Counted from the stretch's first letter, positions 43,022-52,401 are shown. The stretch is 64,000 nucleotides of DNA from an uncultured Verrucomicrobiae bacterium (GCA_963762725.1 CAVXLY010000005.1:1220989-1284988), one strand, 5' to 3'. Program-made: numbers and translations. The notes: generated from the letters alone by a model not told the origin.

Positions 43022-43275
43022 AGGGCGGGGAGGAGGGTGATTTTTAACACAGAGGGCACGGAGGCGGAGGCACAGAGGACACAGAGAGGGGAGAAGAGAA
43101 AATAAGAGGAGAGAAATGCACAGAAGACCGGAGTGAGACCTCCCGGTGCCGTGGGCGCTCTGCCTTCTCGCCTCTGCCATCCGCCCTCTGCCTTTGCCTC
43201 TTGCCTTTTCCTCTGTGTCCTCTGTGCCTCCGCCTCTGTGCCCTCTGTGTTAAAATTACATCTCCGCCCCCGCCC
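43022..43275. repeat. ~250-bp palindromic element: near-perfect 45-nt inverted arms around a ~120-nt spacer, purine-rich left half and pyrimidine-rich right half
   Basis: Left arm 43042-43087 is ttttaacacagagggcacGgaggcggaggcacagaggacacagag. The reverse complement of the right arm 43210-43255 is ttttaacacagagggcacAgaggcggaggcacagaggacacagag (1 mismatch). The flanks gggcggggaggagggtga and its approximate complement extend the pairing. Lies in the divergent intergenic region between aroG and the DUF4139 gene. Confidence 0.85.
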
Positions 43276-43353
43276 CGAGCTTCAGAACCAACCAAAGAAA
43301 ATGCCGGGCGCCGGGAGCAAACGGAGTCTAGCCTTCGTCCAACTGGAAAAGCT

Positions 43354-45541
43354 ATGATCCGCACTTTCTCCTCCGTCTCCCCCGGTCGTCTTCGTCCCTC
43401 CACCGCCGCCCGGACTGCCGCCGCCACGATGACGACGACGGCCGTGCTGTTGTCGCTGTGCAGCCTCGTCCCCGCCGTCACCCAAGCTCAAACTATGAAC
43501 CCTGCACCGACTCCTCCCGCCTCCTCTGCCAGCAGCACCGAAGTGCCGGTGCGCCAGGTCGTCCTGTTTTCCAGCGGCGTCGGGTATTTTCAACACGAAG
43601 CCACGGTGCGCGGAGACGCCGCGACCGAGCTGCGTTTCAAGACCTCGCAAATCAACGACATCTTGAAAAGCCTCGTGCTCCAGGATCTCGACGGCGGCAA
43701 GGTCGGCGCCGTGACTTACCCATCGCAGGATCCGCTGTCGAAGACGCTCAAATCGTTTCAGATCAACATCGGCAGCAACCCGGGCCTGGGCGACCTGCTC
43801 AACCAGCTCCGCGGCGCCCGGGTGACCGTCGCGATCGGCGCGGAAAGCTTCACCGGCACCGTCCTCGGGGTGGAAAACAAAACGGTCGGCAAAGACAAGC
43901 ACGACGTCGCCATCGAGCGGCCGTTTCTCAATCTCATCACCGACCTCGGCATCCGCAGCGTGCCGCTGGACGACGTGCGCAAGTGGACGCTGGACGACCC
44001 GGCGTTGCGCGAAGAATTGAACAAAGCGCTCGCAGCCCTGGCGGCGGCGCGCGACCAGGACAAGAAGCCGGTGGACATCCACTTCAACGGCCAGGGCGAG
44101 CGGCGCGTGCGCGTCGGCTACGTCGTCGAAACGCCGATCTGGAAGGCGAGCTATCGCCTGATTTTCTCCGGCGAGCCGGACGCCAAAGGCGCGACGCTGC
44201 AAGGCTGGGCCATCGTGGAAAACCAGACGGACAACGACTGGCGCGACGTGAAGCTGAGCCTCGTCAGCGGCCGGCCGATCTCGTTTATCCAGGATCTGTA
44301 TCAGCCGCTTTACGTGCCGCGGCCCGAGGTGAAACCCGAGCTGTATTCCTCCCTGCGGCCGCAGACGTATGAAGGCGGCATGAGCGGCGGCAACGCGCCG
44401 GCCGAGCGGATGACTATGTCCGCCATGTCGCCCTCGGCGCCGCCCCCGCCGCCATCGGCTTCGGCGCCGCGGGCGAAACGTCGGGAAGGGCCGATGACGA
44501 TGTCGGAGAGCGCGCCGGGCCGCGGCGACGGGATCGAAGCCGACCAGAGCATCGGCAGCGTCGCCACGACCGCGCAGATCGGCGAGCTGTTTCAATACAC
44601 GGTCGGCAACGTCACGCTCGAGCGCCAGCGCTCCGCGATGATCCCGATCCTCAACGACCCGGTCGAAGCCGAGAAGGTTTCCATTTTCAACGAGCGCACG
44701 CTCGCCAAATACGCGCTGAACGGTGCGCGGCTGAAAAACTCGACCGGCAAGGCGCTGCTCCAAGGTCCGGTGACCGTGCTGGAGGAAGGCACCTACGCCG
44801 GCGACGCCAGCCTCGGCGACGTCCCCGCCGGGCAGAGCCGGCTTTTGAGCTACGGCGTCGATTTGCAACTCGTCGTGACGCCGAAGGAGCTCACCGGCGC
44901 GGGCCGCAGCGACCTGCAATCGGGCAAGATCGTCGGCGGCGTGCTGGAGATCGCCAGCAAGCGCCACGTCGAGCGCGAATACGCGGCGGAAAACAAGAGC
45001 GAGCGCGCGAAGAAACTCGTCCTCGAGCACCCCCGGCGCGGCGACGAGTGGAAGCTCGTGGAGACGCCGGCGCCCGTGGAAACGCTGCCGGCGATGTATC
45101 GCTTCGAAGTGCCGGTGCCCGCAAAAGGGTCGGCGAAGTTCGTGGTGAAAGAGGAAGTGATCGACCGGGTGCGGATGGCGATCCTCTCGACCGACCCGGG
45201 CACTGTGCTTGTTTTACAGCCAGCAAGGCCAGATCCCGCAGCCGGTGCGCGATGCCCTGGCGAAAGCGGCGACGCTGCAGCAGGCCGCCGTGGCGACGGA
45301 GCGGGCGATGAACGAAAAGCGCAGCCAGATTGACACCATCACGCAGGAGCAGAATCGCATCCGCGAAAACATCAAAACCGTGGACCGCCAGAGCGCGTAT
45401 GCGACGCGCCTGTTGAAGAAGCTCGACGACCAGGAAAGCCAGCTCGAAAAGCTGCGCACCGAAGCCGACGCGCTACGCGAAAAGCTCGACGGCCAGCGCC
45501 GCGAACTCGGCGATTACCTCAAAGGCGTGAACGTCGGCTGA
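43354..45541 (+). pseudogene. DUF4139-like secreted protein with C-terminal coiled coil (frame disrupted as sequenced near 45213)
   Basis: ATG at 43354; the upstream part of track ORF 43201.. is translated repeat arm (LCPLCLRLCALCV). Blocks VVLFSSGVGYFQHEA, VRVGYVVETPIWKASYRL, WAIVENQTDNDWRDVKLSLVSGRPISF are DUF4139/CHP02231-like from memory. Removing one T of TTTT 45212-45215 joins ...STDPGTVLVYSQQGQIPQPVRDALAKA to the coiled-coil tail (track ORF 45209..45541). Length is 2188 nt, which is 3n+1. Confidence 0.7.
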
Positions 45542-45547
45542 CGGGCG

Positions 45548-45772
45548 TCAGCGACGGCGCCCGCCGGACACCATCAGCAACACTCCGCCGCCGATCAAAC
45601 AGGCGTAGCCGGCCATCGGCGAGATCGGCACGTGCCGCCGCTCTTGCGCGTTGACCTGGAGCGGCCCGAGGTCCACGACCTTGCGCTCCTGAGTGAAGCT
45701 GAAGCCGCCGAAGATGAGGATGAGCACGCCGATCGCCATGATCAGCGCGCCGACGATGGCGGGAGGTTTCAT
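45548..45772 (-). CDS. small two-TM membrane protein
   Basis: 74 aa with two hydrophobic segments (AIVGALIMAIGVLILIFGGF, GYACLIGGGVLLMV). Its ATG overlaps the stop of the upstream GT2 gene (ATGA at 45769-45772), which supports real translation. Confidence 0.55.
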   Translation of the reverse strand: MKPPAIVGALIMAIGVLILIFGGFSFTQERKVVDLGPLQVNAQERRHVPISPMAGYACLIGGGVLLMVSGGRRR

Positions 45773-46551
45773 AAAAGGTTTGTGGGCGTCGTCGCCGCGG
45801 GGACGCGCGCGGCCGGTTTGTCCCGCCAGCGCCGGACCCAGTATCGGGCCATCAGCTTGAGAAAGCGCCCGGCGTCGCGCACCGGATGGATGCTGCTGAC
45901 CTCGTCGCCGTAAACCGTCGAGATCGGCACGTCGGCGATCGGTTCGCCGCTCCAGGCGACCAGGATCAGCATCTCGGTTTCGTAATCAAACTTCGCTGCG
46001 CGCCCGAGCAGAAGCGGAAACAAGGAGCGATGAATCATGCGAAAGCCGCATTGCGTATCGGCGATGCGCTGGCCGCAGAGCAGACTGATCTGGCTCGACA
46101 TGAGGCGGTTTGTCAGCCGCCGCACCAGCGGCATCGCGCGGGTATCGCTCATGCGCGTGCCGACAAACAGGCGCGCCCGCGGTTCGGCCTCCGCAGCGTC
46201 CAGAAACCGGCCGATCTCCTCGGGCCGATGTTGGCCGTCGGCGTCGAGCATGACGACCCATTCCACCGGCGCCGCGCCGTCCTGCGCGCCACTGTCGCCA
46301 GCCGGTGACTCCAGGAAATGGCGCAGCCCGGTTTGGATGGCGGCGCCTTTGCCCTGGTTCACCGGATGGACGATCAACTCCGCGCCGGCCGAGAGCGCCC
46401 GGGCAACGGTGCCGTCGGTCGAGCCATCGTCCACGACGAGCACCTGGCTGACCCGGTCTTGAGCCTGCGCCCGGACCACGACGTCGGCAATAAAACGTTC
46501 CTCGCAATACGCGGGAATCAAAACGGCGGCGGTGACGTCAGCGGCGGACAT
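45769..46551 (-). CDS. family 2 glycosyltransferase (polyprenyl-phosphate glycosyltransferase-like)
   Basis: ATG at 46551. AVLIPAYCEE, VLVVDDGSTDGT, MLDADGQH, TQCGFRM are GT2 / DPM1-GtrB-like motifs. Confidence 0.8.
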   Translation of the reverse strand: MSAADVTAAVLIPAYCEERFIADVVVRAQAQDRVSQVLVVDDGSTDGTVARALSAGAELIVHPVNQGKGAAIQTGLRHFLESPAGDSGAQDGAAPVEWVVMLDADGQHRPEEIGRFLDAAEAEPRARLFVGTRMSDTRAMPLVRRLTNRLMSSQISLLCGQRIADTQCGFRMIHRSLFPLLLGRAAKFDYETEMLILVAWSGEPIADVPISTVYGDEVSSIHPVRDAGRFLKLMARYWVRRWRDKPAARVPAATTPTNLL

Positions 46552-46682
46552 GAGGCTGGGAAGCTGCAAGAGTTTCCCAGGAAGGAAAGCAGAAAACGGC
46601 GCGGACGAACACGTCCATTTCGTCGCGCCCGAAAGCCCGACCGCGGGCGTATTGGACACAGGCGCTGCACCGACACGATTTG

Positions 46683-48149
46683 ATGAGCAAGAATCCAAAA
46701 TTTTCCACGGCGATCCATTGGTTCCGACGCGACCTGCGAGTCACGGACAACACTGCGCTGCTGGCCGCGGCCGGCGCCGCCGCGCGGGTCGTGCCGGTGT
46801 ATGTCGTCAGCGACTGGAAGCGGCAGCATCCCTGGACCGGCGCGGTGCGGCAGGAGTTTCTCAGCGGCAGCCTCGAAGCGCTGGCCGGGAATCTGGAAAC
46901 GCTCGGCGGCCGGCTGATTTTCCGCACCGGCGGCGAACGGGCTGATGCCGTGCTGGAGGCACTCATCACCGAGACCGGTGCGGAGGCGATTTTCTTCAAC
47001 CGCGATCCCGATCCCTTCGGCATCGCGATGGAGGAAAAGGTGGTCGCGATGGCGCGGCGGCTCGGCGTGGAAGCCATGGCTTGCAAGGATGTCGCCCTGC
47101 ACGAGCGGGATGAGTTGCTGAACGGCAGCGGCCTGCCGTATCGCGTTTACTCTCCCTACGCGCGGGCCTGGGCGAAGCTTGAGAAACCGGCGGTTCACCC
47201 AAAACCGGACCGCCTCGACACGCCGCCGGAAATTCCCAGCGAACCGCTGCCGACGCTCGCGCACTGGGATCTGGAGCCGAGCGGGACCCGGACCGTGGAG
47301 CCGGGCGAGCGCGCCGCGCGGAAGCGGCTGGAGCGATTTCTGGAAAATGCGCTCACCGGCTACAGCGCCGGGCGCAATACACCGGCGGGTCAGGCATCGT
47401 CCCGGCTGTCGCAGGATCTGCGCTGGGGGCTGCTATCGGTGCGCGAGGTGTATCACCGTTGCCGCGAGCTGCTGGAGGGCGACCTCAAGGCCACGGAGCG
47501 GGAAGGGGTGCAGAAATATCTCGGCGAGCTGGCGTGGCGGGATTTCTACATGCAAATCCTGTTTCACTTTCCCGAGGTGCTGGACGCCGAGTTCAATCCC
47601 GAGATGCGCGGCCTGCCGTGGGAAAGCATCGAGGGGAGCGAAGCCTACGCGCGCTGGACCCGCGGCGAGACCGGCTTCCCGATCGTCGATGCCGGGATGC
47701 GGCAGCTCCTCACGACCGGCTTCATGCACAACCGGGTGCGGATGATCGTCTCCATGTTTTTCACGAAAGACCTGCGCCTGCCCTGGCGCGAAGGGGAGCG
47801 CTGGTTCAACCAGCACCTGGTGGATGGCGAGATCGCCAGCAACAACGGCGGCTGGCAATGGTGCGCCGGCACCGGCGCCGACGCCGCGCCCTATTTCCGC
47901 ATCCAGAATCCCTGGACCCAAAGCGCGCGGCACGATCCGCAGGGCGAATACATCAAGACGTTTCTCCCCGAATTGCGCGACGTGCCGGTAGAGAAACTGC
48001 ACTCGCCGCCAGCCCCGGGCGAGCGGCTGGTCCGCGGCTACCCGGCGCCGATGGTGGATCACGGCGAAGAGCGGGAGCGGACGCTGGAAATGTTCAAGCG
48101 CCATCTGCAGCGCCAGCGCGCCACGACGCCGAAAAAACCGGCACGCTGA
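46683..48149 (+). CDS. phrB: deoxyribodipyrimidine photolyase
   Basis: N-terminal IHWFRRDLRVTDNTAL. C-terminal FAD-binding block HNRVRMIVSMFFTKDL...ASNNGGWQWCAGTGADAAPYFRIQNPWTQS. Confidence 0.92.
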   Translation: MSKNPKFSTAIHWFRRDLRVTDNTALLAAAGAAARVVPVYVVSDWKRQHPWTGAVRQEFLSGSLEALAGNLETLGGRLIFRTGGERADAVLEALITETGAEAIFFNRDPDPFGIAMEEKVVAMARRLGVEAMACKDVALHERDELLNGSGLPYRVYSPYARAWAKLEKPAVHPKPDRLDTPPEIPSEPLPTLAHWDLEPSGTRTVEPGERAARKRLERFLENALTGYSAGRNTPAGQASSRLSQDLRWGLLSVREVYHRCRELLEGDLKATEREGVQKYLGELAWRDFYMQILFHFPEVLDAEFNPEMRGLPWESIEGSEAYARWTRGETGFPIVDAGMRQLLTTGFMHNRVRMIVSMFFTKDLRLPWREGERWFNQHLVDGEIASNNGGWQWCAGTGADAAPYFRIQNPWTQSARHDPQGEYIKTFLPELRDVPVEKLHSPPAPGERLVRGYPAPMVDHGEERERTLEMFKRHLQRQRATTPKKPAR

Positions 48150-48214
48150 CGCCCTCGGCGGTTGGGGATCGCCCGCGGGTTCGACCTTGCGCTGGTCCCG
48201 GCCTCCGCGCGAGA

Positions 48215-48841
48215 ATGCCGGCCAGGATGAGCACCGCGACCGCCGAAGTTCCGGACACCCGGATGAGCGTGCATGAATACCGCCTTACCGAAGCGGCGAG
48301 CCCGGTGAAGCGCGAATATCTCGCCGGGTTTGTTTACGAAATGGCCGGCGCGAGCGAGGCGCACAATACGATCGCCGCCAACCTTGCCGGCCTGCTTTAC
48401 AACCAGCTGCGTGGTCGTTCCTGCCAGGCTTTCGGCTCGGACATGCAGGTGCGCCTGAAGCAGCCCGGCGGCGAATATTTTTATTATCCGGACGCCATGA
48501 TCGCGTGCGACCCGACGGACGTCGGCCACGGCTGGCGCGAGCGGCCGGCGGCGCTGTTCGAGATCGTTTCAGCTAGCACCCGGCACACCGACAAACGCGA
48601 AAAACGGCTGGCATATCTCGGCCTCGGCAGCCTCGTGGCTTTCGTGCGCATCGAGCAGGACCAACCGGCCGTGAGCATCGAGCACCGGGCCGAAAACGGC
48701 GGCTGGGAAATCGCCGAGTTCCGCGGCCTCGAAACCGTGGCCAGACTCCCCGGCAGTCTCGGGATGGTCGCGTTGCCGCTGGCAGACCTTTACGAACGGG
48801 TGACACTTTCCACCCTGCCGCCGCCTGCCCCTCCGGCATGA
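48215..48841 (+). CDS. Uma2-family (DUF820) putative endonuclease
   Basis: In-frame ATG at 48215 (or 48227) within track ORF 47459..48841. The pattern REYLAGFVYEMAGASEAHNTIAANL...PDAMIACD...ALFEIVSASTRHTDKREKRLAYL is the PD-(D/E)xK Uma2 pattern from memory. Confidence 0.7.
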   Translation: MPARMSTATAEVPDTRMSVHEYRLTEAASPVKREYLAGFVYEMAGASEAHNTIAANLAGLLYNQLRGRSCQAFGSDMQVRLKQPGGEYFYYPDAMIACDPTDVGHGWRERPAALFEIVSASTRHTDKREKRLAYLGLGSLVAFVRIEQDQPAVSIEHRAENGGWEIAEFRGLETVARLPGSLGMVALPLADLYERVTLSTLPPPAPPA

Positions 48842-49362
48842 TGTCCCGAACCATCGGAACCGCATCCGCCGCCGACCTATTTTCTCACATGAGCAACGAA
48901 CCGCAGCCTTTTCCCGCGACACCCGCACTCGACCCCGGCATGGCCGCCGCCATCGCCGAAATGCAGAAGGGCCTCGCGGAAGGCGGCATCCCCATCGGCA
49001 GCGCCCTGGTGCGCGATGGCGCCGTCGTCGCTGCCGGGCACAACAAGCGCGTGCAGGAGGGCGACCCGATCACGCACGCCGAGATTGATTGCCTGCGGAT
49101 GGCCGGCCGGCTACCGGGTGGTTTCCGCGGTGCCACGCTGTATTCCACGCTCATGCCCTGCTACCTCTGCGCCGGTGCCGCGGTGCAGTTCGGGATCAAG
49201 AAGGTCGTCGTCGGCGAATCGCGCAATTTTCCCGGCGCCCCGGAGTTCATGCGCTCGCATGGCATCGAAGTCGTAGACCTCGATCTGCCGGTCTGCGTGG
49301 AGACCATGGCCCGCTTTGTCGTGGAGCATCCGGCGCTCTGGAACGAAGACATCGGGCGCTGA
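48838..49362 (+). CDS. cytosine deaminase, Fcy1/CMP-dCMP deaminase zinc-binding type
   Basis: HAEIDCLRMAG ... PCYLCAGA zinc motifs. The overall pattern GGIPIGSALV...GHNKRVQEGDPITHAE...TLYSTLMPC...VVVGESRNF...WNEDIG is very like yeast Fcy1 as I remember it. The start may instead be ATG 48889. Confidence 0.85.
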   Translation: MMSRTIGTASAADLFSHMSNEPQPFPATPALDPGMAAAIAEMQKGLAEGGIPIGSALVRDGAVVAAGHNKRVQEGDPITHAEIDCLRMAGRLPGGFRGATLYSTLMPCYLCAGAAVQFGIKKVVVGESRNFPGAPEFMRSHGIEVVDLDLPVCVETMARFVVEHPALWNEDIGR

Positions 49363-49813
49363 AAGCGGGCGGCGTGCAACCCGTTGCGCGCCTGCGGCGG
49401 AGGCTCGAATTTTTTCTTGCAATCAATAACCCGATTTGTAGTCTGCCGAACGTCCGTCCGGCATTAACGAAGGAGTCGCCCTCGAGTGATTGATTGGTGG
49501 ATTGTCAGTTGGAGTAGTCACCCTCTTCAGTGGCAGTTTGAAACCTGATCCGCAGGAACAGTCACAAGCACGGAACGAGCACTTTTTTCCACGAGCGAGC
49601 GCGCGACAGCGGGGCAGGCCAGACCAAAGGGATTCGACGGCAAGGAAACGATGTTTTTCCCCGACCCGGGATCGATCGGGCCATGCCATACCCCGGCCCC
49701 GCGCGCACAGCCCGGCCAGGACGGACGCACAACCATCCGCAGACTGTAAGTAAGTTAAGTAACCATCAGACCGCAGCCAGACCGCAGTTCAACCTCAACA
49801 AACCACCGCAGCT

Positions 49814-50257
49814 ATGGGCTCCAGACTCTACGTAGGTAATCTCTCGTTCAACGCCACGGAAACCGATCTCATGGACCTCTTCGGCCAGGCCGGCCAGGTC
49901 AAGGACGTGGCACTTATTCAGGACCGGTTTACCGGGAAATCGCGCGGCTTCGCCTTTGTGACGATGGTCACCGATGAAGACGCGGCCAACGCCATCAGCC
50001 AGTTCCACGGTAAGTCGATCGAAGGCCGGGTGCTCACCGTCAACGAAGCCCGCCCGCGCGAGGAGCGTCCGGCCGGCGGCGGTGGCGGTGGCTATCGCGG
50101 CGGCGGAGGTGGCGGAGGTGGCGGCTACGGCGGCGGGGGTGGCGGCGGCGGCTACGGCGGCGGCGGCGGAGGTGGTGGCGGAGGTTATCGCGATCGCGGC
50201 GACCGCGGACGCGACCGTGGCGACCGCGGCGATCGCCGGGGCGGCTACGACCGGTAA
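49814..50257 (+). CDS. RRM-type RNA-binding protein with Gly/Arg-rich tail
   Basis: RNP-2 LYVGNL and RNP-1 RGFAFVTM. C-terminal ~55 aa are (G)n-Y-R and RGDRGRD repeats encoded by a GGC/GGT-rich tract (about 50074-50250). Confidence 0.9.
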   Translation: MGSRLYVGNLSFNATETDLMDLFGQAGQVKDVALIQDRFTGKSRGFAFVTMVTDEDAANAISQFHGKSIEGRVLTVNEARPREERPAGGGGGGYRGGGGGGGGGYGGGGGGGGYGGGGGGGGGGYRDRGDRGRDRGDRGDRRGGYDR

Positions 50258-50284
50258 GCACGCCGGCAACTGAAATTTTCTGCG

Positions 50285-50323
50285 AACGCTCCGGGGAGAA
50301 ATTCTCGGAGCGTTTTCGTTTTT
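50285..50323 (+). terminator. rho-independent terminator after the RRM gene
   Basis: 9-bp stem aacgctccg / cggagcgtt (50285-50293 and 50306-50314), 12-nt loop, followed by ttcgttttt. Confidence 0.6.
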
Positions 50324-50432
50324 CGCCGGTCGCCTGGAGACGCGGCGCCAATGCCCGCCGCCGGGCCGTGAATTCTGCGCCGGCGCGCAAAAAGAGGTTT
50401 CGCCACGGTAGGAAAACCGTATCGTTTCCCGC

Positions 50433-52401
50433 GTGAGCAACTACCAGGTTTTCGCGCGCAAATACCGGCCGCAGACCTTTGACGATGTCGTCGGCCAGGA
50501 CCACGTCGTCCGGACGTTGAAAAACGCCATCGCGCAGAACCGGCTCGCGCACGCCTACCTCTTCGTTGGCCCGCGCGGCACCGGCAAGACGAGCACGGCG
50601 CGCATCCTGGCGAAGGCGTTGAACTGCATTCACGGGCCGACGACCGAGCCCTGCGGCGTGTGCGATCCCTGCCGCGAGATCGCCGAGGGCATCAGCATGG
50701 ACGTGCTGGAGATCGACGGCGCCTCGAACAACGGCGTCGAGCAGGTGCGCGAGCTGCGCGACAACGTGCGTTACGCGCCGACGCGCGGGAAGTTCAAGCT
50801 CTACATCATCGACGAGGTCCACATGCTGACCTCGGCGGCGTTCAACGCGTTGCTCAAAACGCTCGAAGAGCCGCCGGAGCACGTGAAATTTGTCTTCGCG
50901 ACCACGGAGGTGCAGAAAGTCCTGCCGACGATTTTGAGCCGCTGCCAGCGCTTCGATTTGCGCCGCATCCCGGCCCCGCTCATCGCGGAGCACCTCGGCA
51001 AAATCGCGAAAAAGGAAAAGATCAAACTCGACGACGCCGCGGCGGATTCCGTGGCCCGCGGCGCCGACGGCGGCCTGCGCGACGCCGAGTCCATGCTCGA
51101 CCAGCTTGTCGCGTTTTGCGGGAATAAAATCACCGACGAAGACGTGCGCCACATCTTCGGGTTCACCGCGCCGGAAACCGTTGCCGGCCTTGCCGGGCAC
51201 ATCCTGCGTCGGGAGACGCCGCCCGCGCTGGCGCTCCTCGACGAGCAGGCCGAAGCCGGTCGCGACCTGTCGCGCCTGCTGGCCGATCTCATCGTGCATT
51301 GCCGCGATCTCCTCGTTTTCCAGGTCAGCCCGGAAAGCGTGAAGACGGAGGCCGGCTCGCGCATGCTGGCCATTTACGAAGAGCAATCGGCCCTCGTGCG
51401 CGCCGACCGCGTGCTGGAGCTCATCGACGGCTTTGCCGCCGCGGAAAACCGCATGAAGTGGGCGCCGAACAAAAAGCTCCAGTTCGAGATTGCCGTCATC
51501 AAAGCCATCCAGACGCTCGGCCAGTCGAACTTCGACGACGTGCTCGACGCGCTCACCGCGTTGCGCAACGGCGGCGACGATGGCGGCAATGGCGGCAATG
51601 GCGGCCGCGGTGACGGTGACGGCGGCGCGCCGCCAGTCGCGAAAAATTTCCGCCCCGCCGGCAGCGCGGGCGCCGCGCGTGGCCGAAGCGCCGCCGAGCA
51701 GCGGCTCCGCGAGCGCCAGATCCGGCACCGAAGCCGCGCCCCCGCCGGCGAAGGAAAATTCCAGCAGCCGCCAGGGCTTTGCCAGTTTGAAGCAATCGGT
51801 CGCCGCGAAGAGCGCGTCGCCGGCGCCTTCATCACTCCGCGCCGCCAGCCAAGCCGGAGCCGCCGGCGAGTTGGCACCCGCCGCCGCCGCGCCTTCGGCG
51901 GAAACCGCGGACGAAGCCGCCGCGGATGCCCCGCCGCTCGATGGGCCGGCTATCTGGAGCGCGCTCATCGGCGAGATCCGTTCGCAGCGCCCGCTCATCA
52001 CCGCGTGGGTGCAAAATAGCCGCCTGCTCGACGTGGCGCCCGGCACTACGTTTCGCGTGGGCTTTCCGCTGGAGCAAAAAATGGCGGTCGAACAACTCGG
52101 CAAACCGAGCAACCGCCAGTTGCTCGAAACCTTGCTCACGAAGCTCGCCGGGCGTCCGGCCCGGTTGAAATTCGAGCTGCTGGACGAAGCGCTGCTGCCG
52201 CCGCCGATGGACGAGCCGAAACGGGCGCCCGCGGCCGCTTCTGGTTCCGCGAACGAGCGCGCTTCCGAGGCCGGTGCGAGAGCGTCGACCGGCGCCGAAG
52301 ACGCGGTGGCTTCGTTCAAAAACGACCCGATGATTCAGAAGGCGCTGAAACTTTTCGAAGGCGAAATCAAAGCCGTGCAGCCGCCGACGGTTGGCAGTTA
52401 A
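50433..52401 (+). pseudogene. dnaX: DNA polymerase III subunit gamma/tau (frame change +1 as sequenced near 51641-51648)
   Basis: GTG start. FARKYRPQTFDDVVGQ, Walker A GPRGTGKTS, zinc module CGVCDPC, DEVHML, SRCQRF. The conserved tau C-terminus (PAIWSALIGEIRSQRPLITAWVQNSRLL...FKNDPMIQKALKLFEGEI) is in +1 (track ORF 51490..52401). Removing one A of AAAAA 51641-51645 gives a continuous Pro/Ala linker. Length is 1969 nt, which is 3n+1. Confidence 0.88.

Noticed and set aside
43201-43353. N-terminal 51-codon extension of the DUF4139 ORF (MPFPLCPLCLRLCALCVKIT...)
   Set aside because: It is the translation of the pyrimidine-rich arm of the inverted repeat. A normal ATG at 43354 is followed by a signal-like segment.
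49611-49645. tmRNA-like 5' motif (ggggcaggcc...gggattcgacgg)
   Set aside because: A 350-400 nt tmRNA starting here would run into the RRM coding sequence. No tag reading frame is apparent, and no T-arm/CCA-type 3' end (ggttcgaatcc...cca) is visible downstream.
50326-50432. Possible SRP (4.5S) RNA gene, which often precedes dnaX
   Set aside because: No conserved domain IV sequence (aggtcaggtccggaaggaagcagcc-like) is visible in this gap or in 49363-49813.
50040-52319. 759-aa minus-strand ORF
   Set aside because: It is antisense to dnaX, which carries unambiguous Walker A, zinc-module and SRC motifs, and to the tail of the RRM gene. It is a shadow ORF.
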